Shown here: positions 36,007-41,262 of the stretch, one piece after another
How the letters are laid out: each line of letters starts with the position of its first letter
Numbering within the stretch: position 1 is the stretch's first letter
IMG/VR virus record: IMGVR_UViG_3300049173_000057
Coordinates: 1-41,262 of that record
Direction: 5' to 3' (one strand)
DNA: 41,262 bases
Source: a virus
Lineage: Duplodnaviria; Caudoviricetes
Made by a program: the position numbers and the translations under genes
Notes under the pieces: model-generated
What the model was told of the DNA's origin: nothing
Database searches by the model: none
The model's input: the letters and a program-made list of their open reading frames with translations, nothing else

Positions 36007-36549
36007 TCAGGCGCCGACCCGGCGCCGGACACCCGCGAGCGCCTTCTCCCACGGGAACGCCTTCGGGTCACCCTGCTTCGGCGGATGCGACTGGTACCCC
36101 TCCGGCCCATCAAGGACGACGACGCCCTGCTCCCGCAGCGCAGCAACCGACCGGGCGACCGCTGGCTGCGCTCCCTGCGCCTGGTTGAAGTACGGCATCG
36201 CCACCACGGGCACGCCCATGTGGACCGCCTCGGACGGGATGCCGATCGCCACCGTGTCCGAGATGCCGGCGCCCCACTTGTTCAGCGTCGTGCACGACAT
36301 CGGCGCCACCAGCATCGCGTTGGCCTTCGGTAGGGCGTCCTTCTCCCACGGCAGCTTGTACCGCGACCGCACCGGATGCCCGGTCAGCTCGACGAGCTCG
36401 TGCATGCGCGGCTCCCACCACGTCGCTGCGGACGGGGTGAGCAGCAGACACACGTCCCAACCGTCGGCCTGTGCGGCGCGCACGCCTTCGTCGATGAACT
36501 GGGTGGGGCCCGCAGCGCAGGCGATCAGGTACAGAATCGGCTTCGTCAT
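36007..36549 (-). CDS. Flavoprotein, HFCD superfamily (EpiD/Dfp/HAL3-like fold)
   Basis: LYLIACAA, LLTPSA, VAPMSCTTLNKWGAGISDT, VPVVAMPYFN. Confidence 0.85.
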   Translation of the reverse strand: MTKPILYLIACAAGPTQFIDEGVRAAQADGWDVCLLLTPSAATWWEPRMHELVELTGHPVRSRYKLPWEKDALPKANAMLVAPMSCTTLNKWGAGISDTVAIGIPSEAVHMGVPVVAMPYFNQAQGAQPAVARSVAALREQGVVVLDGPEGYQSHPPKQGDPKAFPWEKALAGVRRRVGA

Positions 36550-37760
36550 GCGCGGAGTCCACAGCGTTCGGCCAGACCACGCAAGTCCGCGCCTGGAGCC
36601 GCGGTCGCCCCGACGACGTCCTTCACCAGGTTCACCGTGTCCGGTCGCCGTCGCACTTCTTCGGGCGCCATCTCCTCGGCTTCAAGGAGCGCCTTCGCAG
36701 CGTCATCCTTGCGTCGTGTCAAGAGCGAAGCGCGTGCCTTCGAAACCCGGTGCCCCGCCTGCCGCTCCCGGGACATCCCAGCCAGAGCCTCAGGGTCGAG
36801 ATCCTCCGCAGCCTCCAGCGCTGACCAGCCGTCCTCGAACCGGATCAGCATGTCCATTCGGTGCAGCGCAACGTTGGTCGGCCCGAACATGGTGTAGTCC
36901 TCGTCGAGGTCCCCGCCCTGCCGCTTGGCCACGTCCTCAGCCTCGTCAACGTAGTCGGTTGCCGCGCGAACTCGGCCGGTGGTGCGGTCCTGCGACGAGG
37001 CGGCGAGGGCCGCGGACAGGTAGAGCATGCCGAGGGTGGACAAGCCGAGCGGCCCACGGTCGGTGAGGTCATCGGACAGGCGGCGGGCTGCGGTCGTCGC
37101 GAAGGTGACCGCAGTATCCGGGCGCTCCTGATACACGAGGCTCTTCGCCACCCGCCTTGATGCCGCACCCATCTGTACGGGGTCGCCGGACCGTTCGGCC
37201 GCGGCGAGCGCCCGGTCTGCGGCGAGCGCGGCTTGGATCGCTGTCGCGGAACCGTACTTGTGCAGGTACGAGGTGACGAGCTGGTAGACCCGGGACAGCA
37301 GGGCCTGCGCTTCCGACTGTTCACCGACGGCCGCAGCATGCGCGGCCTGCTCGGCACCGCCGATCAGGGCAGGGAGCTCTCGCGCGAGTGTTGCGTAGTG
37401 GCAGGCCTGGAACGCCTCGCAGCAGTAGACGAGCCGACGTTGCAGGGCGGCCACGGGGGGCGGGTCATCGTCACCGCTCGGCGTGTAGAGGGCGTCGATG
37501 ACGGTGAGCGCCTCGGCGGGAGGGCGGCTGCCGGCCGTTGGCGGGGGCGGGGTGTCGGACAAGAGTTGCTCCAGGGGGACGCGCAGGACTTCGGCCGCGC
37601 GCACCAACACTGACAGGCGAGGGTCCTGCTGGCGCTTCCCGCCTTCGATGTCCTGCACCCACCGCTTGGTCTGCCCCATGAGCTGACCGAAGTCGGTCTG
37701 TGTGTAGCCGCGCCGGTCACGCCAGTGGGCGATGCGGCGGCCGATACCTGAAGTGTCCAT
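36546..37760 (-). CDS. XRE-family HTH regulator with long helical (TPR-like) C-terminal domain
   Basis: IGRRIAHWRDRRGYTQTDFGQLMGQTKRWVQDIEGG; FGPTNVALH motif; ATGA coupling to the flavoprotein. Confidence 0.88.
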   Translation of the reverse strand: MDTSGIGRRIAHWRDRRGYTQTDFGQLMGQTKRWVQDIEGGKRQQDPRLSVLVRAAEVLRVPLEQLLSDTPPPPTAGSRPPAEALTVIDALYTPSGDDDPPPVAALQRRLVYCCEAFQACHYATLARELPALIGGAEQAAHAAAVGEQSEAQALLSRVYQLVTSYLHKYGSATAIQAALAADRALAAAERSGDPVQMGAASRRVAKSLVYQERPDTAVTFATTAARRLSDDLTDRGPLGLSTLGMLYLSAALAASSQDRTTGRVRAATDYVDEAEDVAKRQGGDLDEDYTMFGPTNVALHRMDMLIRFEDGWSALEAAEDLDPEALAGMSRERQAGHRVSKARASLLTRRKDDAAKALLEAEEMAPEEVRRRPDTVNLVKDVVGATAAPGADLRGLAERCGLRA

Positions 37761-37863
37761 GGGGCGCCCCCGAACCAAGGCACGCACTTTGCGTGCCCAC
37801 CTCTGTTGTACCGCGTCCTACGGTCGTCATGTGAGACGGATCACCGCGATCGTGGAGGGCTTC

Positions 37864-38199
37864 GTGGCAGGGGAGACGCGCACCAGCAGCAGCGCTGATG
37901 TCGGCGCACCAGGCCTGCTCCCGCTCCCCAAGTCGCCCGGCCTGTCGACGTTACAGGACCGCGGTGCGGCCTGCGTCTGGTGCCAGACCCGGCTCACGAT
38001 CGAGACGGCGGTGGACCTCGGCGAGCGGCCCGGGCCGGGCGGGGTGAAGATCTTCCCTCGTGGTTGCGCCCCGTGTGCTCAGAGGGTGGCGGCCCGCGTG
38101 TACCGGATTCACGTCGCGCACTGCCGCGCCTGCCGTCGTAACCAGCACTGCCCCGACCGTGTCGGCCTGCGCAGCCTCGCATCCGAAGGCACTCCATGA
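37864..38199 (+). CDS. Cys-rich Zn-binding hypothetical protein (contains a TTA codon)
   Basis: GGAGG RBS; ACVWC..TAVDLGER..FPRGC..C..H..HC..C..C; start uncertain. Confidence 0.7.
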   Translation: MAGETRTSSSADVGAPGLLPLPKSPGLSTLQDRGAACVWCQTRLTIETAVDLGERPGPGGVKIFPRGCAPCAQRVAARVYRIHVAHCRACRRNQHCPDRVGLRSLASEGTP

Positions 38200-38282
38200 A
38201 CTCCCGCCCCGGCCCCCAAACCTGGACAGGTCGAGCGCCGGGGCGGGTTGCACGCTCCATCACGACGACATGAGGGAGAGGT

Positions 38283-38573
38283 ATGTTCGTCCACTCCGAT
38301 CGCCTGCCCACCAGCCCCGCCATCCCGCAGGGCCTCGTCACCGCCCGCCCATGGGGCATCGGCCGCATGGCGCCCTACCCCACCATGACCCCCGCCTACG
38401 CCCGTGTGGCCCTGGACCCGACCACGCAGACCGCCGTGTTCTACGACGGCGCCGGCCAGGTGCTGGATATGGGCAAGCACGGCACCAGCACTGGCACGAG
38501 CCCGTCGACGGGCACCAGTCCGGACGGGCAGGGCGGCGGGGACACCGACACCGGGAACGACACCGACCAGTGA
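38283..38573 (+). CDS. tgmA: ATP-grasp-modified RiPP (graspetide) precursor peptide
   Basis: GAGG RBS; leader RPWG..RMAPY, LDPTTQT; core [33 protein letters not shown]; coupled to the ATP-grasp gene. Confidence 0.88.
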   Translation: MFVHSDRLPTSPAIPQGLVTARPWGIGRMAPYPTMTPAYARVALDPTTQTAVFYDGAGQVLDMGKHGTSTGTSPSTGTSPDGQGGGDTDTGNDTDQ

Positions 38574-39517
38574 CTGAGCCGCGTCCGGTGTTGGTCGTCA
38601 CCAGCCTTCACGACCCCACCGCCGACGTGGTGATCACCGAGCTGCACGACCGGGGTATCCCGGTCGTGCGGCTCGACTCGGGGGACTTCCCCGCATCACT
38701 GTCGGTGGAGGCCGAGATCACCGAGCACGGCGTCCAGGGCCTGCTGGTCACGCCGTCCCGCACCGCGGACCTCGCGAACGTGCGCGCCCTGTACTACCGC
38801 CGGCCAACCGGGTTCGCGTTCCCGCACCTCGACGAGCAGGACGCCCGGTTCGCCCTCACACAGGCCCGCTACGGGCTCGGCGGAGTGCTGGCGGCCCTGC
38901 CCGGCTGCCTCTACGTGAACCACCCGCACCGCATCGGCGACGCCGAGTTCAAACCGGCCGGGCTCGCCACAGCAGCCGCGGCCGGCTTCCAGGTGCCGCC
39001 CACCCTCATCACCTCCAGCCCCGACGCCGCCCGCGAATTCATCAAGCGGCAGGGCTCGGTCATCTACAAGCCGCTGAGCAACCCGGTCTACACCGTCGAC
39101 GGCGTCTCCTCCGCCGTGAAGGTCGCCGAGGTGTTCACGATGGACATCGACGACGACGTAGCGGGCACCGCGCACCTGTTCCAGCAGCGCGTCCCCAAGG
39201 TCGCCGATGTCCGCGTGACCGTCATCGGCGGCGAAGTGTTCTGCGTCCGCATCGACTCCGACCTCCTCGACTGGCGCACCGACTACAGCCGGCTGACCTA
39301 CACCCCGGTCGAAGCACCGCCTGGGATCCGGCCCGCGCTCCGTCGCTACATGGATCACTTCGGCCTGGTCTTCGGCGCATTCGACTTCGCCATCGGCGAG
39401 GACGGCCGATGGTGGTTCCTGGAGTGCAACCCCTCCGGCCAGTGGCAGTGGCTGGAGACCGAGACAGGCCTGCCCATGACCGCGGCCCTGGCCGACCTTC
39501 TGGAGAGGACACCGTGA
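38570..39517 (+). CDS. tgmB: ATP-grasp ribosomal peptide maturase
   Basis: [78 protein letters not shown]. Confidence 0.93.
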   Translation: MTEPRPVLVVTSLHDPTADVVITELHDRGIPVVRLDSGDFPASLSVEAEITEHGVQGLLVTPSRTADLANVRALYYRRPTGFAFPHLDEQDARFALTQARYGLGGVLAALPGCLYVNHPHRIGDAEFKPAGLATAAAAGFQVPPTLITSSPDAAREFIKRQGSVIYKPLSNPVYTVDGVSSAVKVAEVFTMDIDDDVAGTAHLFQQRVPKVADVRVTVIGGEVFCVRIDSDLLDWRTDYSRLTYTPVEAPPGIRPALRRYMDHFGLVFGAFDFAIGEDGRWWFLECNPSGQWQWLETETGLPMTAALADLLERTP

Positions 39518-40632
39518 CCGATCAAGAACAGCTCCACAGGCAGCTCCTCGACAGGGTCACCGCCAGCGGCAGCCTGCGCACGGCGCCGTGGAAGCACGCC
39601 GCCGAAGCCGTCCCTCGGCACGAGTTCCTGCGCGGCGGGTACTTCCGGCGGGCGGTCGGCACAGACTTCACCGCGTGGGAGTCCGTACGGGAAGGCGACG
39701 AGGGCTGGCTGGAGGGCTGCTACGCGGACGAGTCGCTGGTGACGCAGATCGCCGGCACGATCGTGCCCGAGGACATCCGGGGCCGGATCATGCGTGAGCC
39801 GACCAGCTCCAGCACGCTGCCCTCCCTTGTGCTGCGCATGCTGGAGGACCTCCAGGTCGAGGACGGGCACCAGGTGCTGGAGATCGGGACCGGCACCGGC
39901 TACTCGACCGCTCTGCTCTGCGCCCGGCTCGGCGACGAGTGCGTCACCTCGATCGAGTACGACCCGTGGGTGGCCTCGCGGGCCCGGGCGGCCCTCGGCC
40001 ACCTCGGGACGTACCCGACGCTCGTCACCGGCGACGGGCTCCTCGGCCACGGCGGGGGCGCACCCTACGACCGCGTCATCGCCACCTGCGGCGTGCGCAC
40101 GGTGCCGATGGCGTGGGTCGAGCAGACCCGGCCGGGCGGCCTGATCCTGGCGACGGTCGGCGGATGGCTCGGCTCCTCCGAACTCGCACGCCTCACGGTC
40201 CACCAGGACGGCACGGCGTCCGGCCCGCTGCTGGGCGGCGCCGTGTCCTTCATGCTCGCTCGGCCGCACACCCCGCCGCCGCTCGGCCTGCTCCCCGACC
40301 TCGACGACGGCAAGGAACGCGAGACCACCACGGGCACCGACGTGCTGAACAACTGGACCTCCCGGTTCGTCGCGCAGCTCGCCGTGCCGGGCGCCCAACG
40401 GCTGACGATGCAGCGGGACGGGCACACCGAGGACGTCCTGGTCGACGTCGACACCGGCTCATGGGCCGCGGTGTACCAGGACAGCGGCCGGTGGCTCGTC
40501 CGGCAGGGCGGCCCGGAGCCTCTGTGGGACGCCGTCGAGGAGCAGTTCGGCCGCTGGGTGAAGGCTGGCGCACCGGCGCTGGAGGAGTTCATCGTCACCG
40601 TCACCCCGGAGGGGCAGACGATCCGCTGGTGA
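39514..40632 (+). CDS. tgmC: PIMT-like SAM-dependent methyltransferase of the ATP-grasp peptide maturase system
   Basis: [62 protein letters not shown]. Confidence 0.9.
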   Translation: MTDQEQLHRQLLDRVTASGSLRTAPWKHAAEAVPRHEFLRGGYFRRAVGTDFTAWESVREGDEGWLEGCYADESLVTQIAGTIVPEDIRGRIMREPTSSSTLPSLVLRMLEDLQVEDGHQVLEIGTGTGYSTALLCARLGDECVTSIEYDPWVASRARAALGHLGTYPTLVTGDGLLGHGGGAPYDRVIATCGVRTVPMAWVEQTRPGGLILATVGGWLGSSELARLTVHQDGTASGPLLGGAVSFMLARPHTPPPLGLLPDLDDGKERETTTGTDVLNNWTSRFVAQLAVPGAQRLTMQRDGHTEDVLVDVDTGSWAAVYQDSGRWLVRQGGPEPLWDAVEEQFGRWVKAGAPALEEFIVTVTPEGQTIRW

Positions 40633-40654
40633 GTCGACGGGCGGGGCCTCCTGC

Positions 40655-40888
40655 TCACCTCACGAGGTCGGCGAGCGGTACCTGGAGGGCGTCGGCGATG
40701 AGGAGCAGATCGGTGAGAGACGGGGCGCGCTGTGCGGTCTCGTACCGGTGGATCGTCTTGTGGTCGCGGCCGACGCGCTCACCTAACTGCATCTGGGAGA
40801 GGCCAGCGTAACGGCGTGTGGTGCGGATGCGTTCCCCGATTTCCCGGCGGCGCTCTGGCACCCAGTCGGGCATGGGGTCTAGTGGCAC
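40655..40888 (-). CDS. Small XRE-family HTH repressor (contains a TTA codon)
   Basis: IGERIRTTRRYAGLSQMQLGERVGRDHKTIHRYETA..LLLIADALQVPLADLV. Confidence 0.88.
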   Translation of the reverse strand: MPLDPMPDWVPERRREIGERIRTTRRYAGLSQMQLGERVGRDHKTIHRYETAQRAPSLTDLLLIADALQVPLADLVR

Positions 40889-40902
40889 CCGACCACAAGT
40901 AG

Positions 40903-40952
40903 ATGATCATGGCCGGAAGGTCTTTACCCGCAGGGGTAAATTCCGTGATCAT
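40903..40952. promoter_or_regulatory. Inverted-repeat operator region upstream of the XRE gene
   Basis: TTTACCC-GCAG-GGGTAAA (40923-40940) flanked by ATGATCAT and GTGATCAT. Confidence 0.55.
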
Positions 40953-41262
40953 GGGAACCAGACAGATAAATGCAGCACACAGACTCCCGCCCCGGCGTGG
41001 TCGCCGGAAGCCTCCGCCCGGGGCGGGTACGCCCGTCTCCGAAGCGATCCGGAAGACGTTGACGAGACGGGCTCCACGGGCCCCGTCCGTTCGCCACCCA
41101 CGGTGGCAGCGGGCGGGGCCTCCCTCATGCTCCGGCAGGCCGCCGTCTCACATATCTCTCACAGACGTGCCGTGAGACGGCGACCCGACGGGTTTCGACC
41201 TGCACCTAACGCACCTCAGCGGACGACACAAGACCTAGCGGACGACATCGACTGCACAATCA

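Larger units (their letters stand above)
1..41262. mobile_element. Temperate siphovirus prophage or phage segment (actinobacterial, probably Streptomyces); ends not within or not identifiable in the window
   Basis: Ordered terminase-portal-protease-capsid-tail-TMP-lysis operon, dense small early genes, high GC with GC-rich third codon positions; no host housekeeping genes, integrase or att site identified. Confidence 0.9.

Noticed and set aside
36007-36549. Flavoprotein acting as a LanD/EpiD-type decarboxylase on the RiPP precursor
   Set aside because: EpiD-type enzymes need a C-terminal Cys; the precursor has no Cys, and the gene is in the opposite operon
39514-40632. Housekeeping protein-repair PIMT (pcm) or DNA methyltransferase
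   Set aside because: C-terminal extension and coupling to the ATP-grasp and precursor genes indicate the RiPP-associated type; no DNA MTase catalytic motifs seen
40903-41175. 90-aa plus-strand ORF
   Set aside because: Atypical codon usage, Arg/Pro-rich, and overlaps operator-like repeats and hairpins
41185-41215. GGGTTTCGACC as a tRNA T-arm or att-site tRNA fragment
   Set aside because: Does not match GGTTCGA exactly, and no cloverleaf or CCA end could be built

Overview
This high-GC window looks actinobacterial, most likely Streptomyces, and is almost entirely a temperate siphovirus prophage or phage genome segment. 1-14.3 kb holds dozens of small early/accessory genes: DUF4326, an AlpA/Xis-like HTH, a block of membrane proteins including a DUF2637/Spd-like protein, a DUF4352-like surface protein, a DUF6221-like protein and an HNH nuclease. 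14.4-33.9 kb is an apparently intact morphogenesis operon: small and large terminase, HK97-type portal with a MuF-like C-terminal extension, ClpP protease, major capsid, connectors, two paralogous tail-tube-like genes, a tail chaperone with a -1 slippery site, tape measure and minor tail proteins. 33.9-35.6 kb is the lysis cassette. 35.8-40.9 kb is accessory cargo: a flavoprotein plus XRE/helical regulator pair, divergent from a complete ATP-grasp RiPP cluster (tgmA/tgmB/tgmC-type, graspimiditide-like), followed by a small XRE repressor. No integrase, replication gene, tRNA or CRISPR array was seen. The most notable items are the RiPP cluster beside the lysis cassette with TTA-codon genes on both sides, a plasmid-spread-like membrane module with frame-independent CGGACA and GTGGAGAG repeat arrays inside its genes, and a probable overprinted gene with an ATC start in the head region. 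All family assignments come from reading motifs by eye; no database searches were run.
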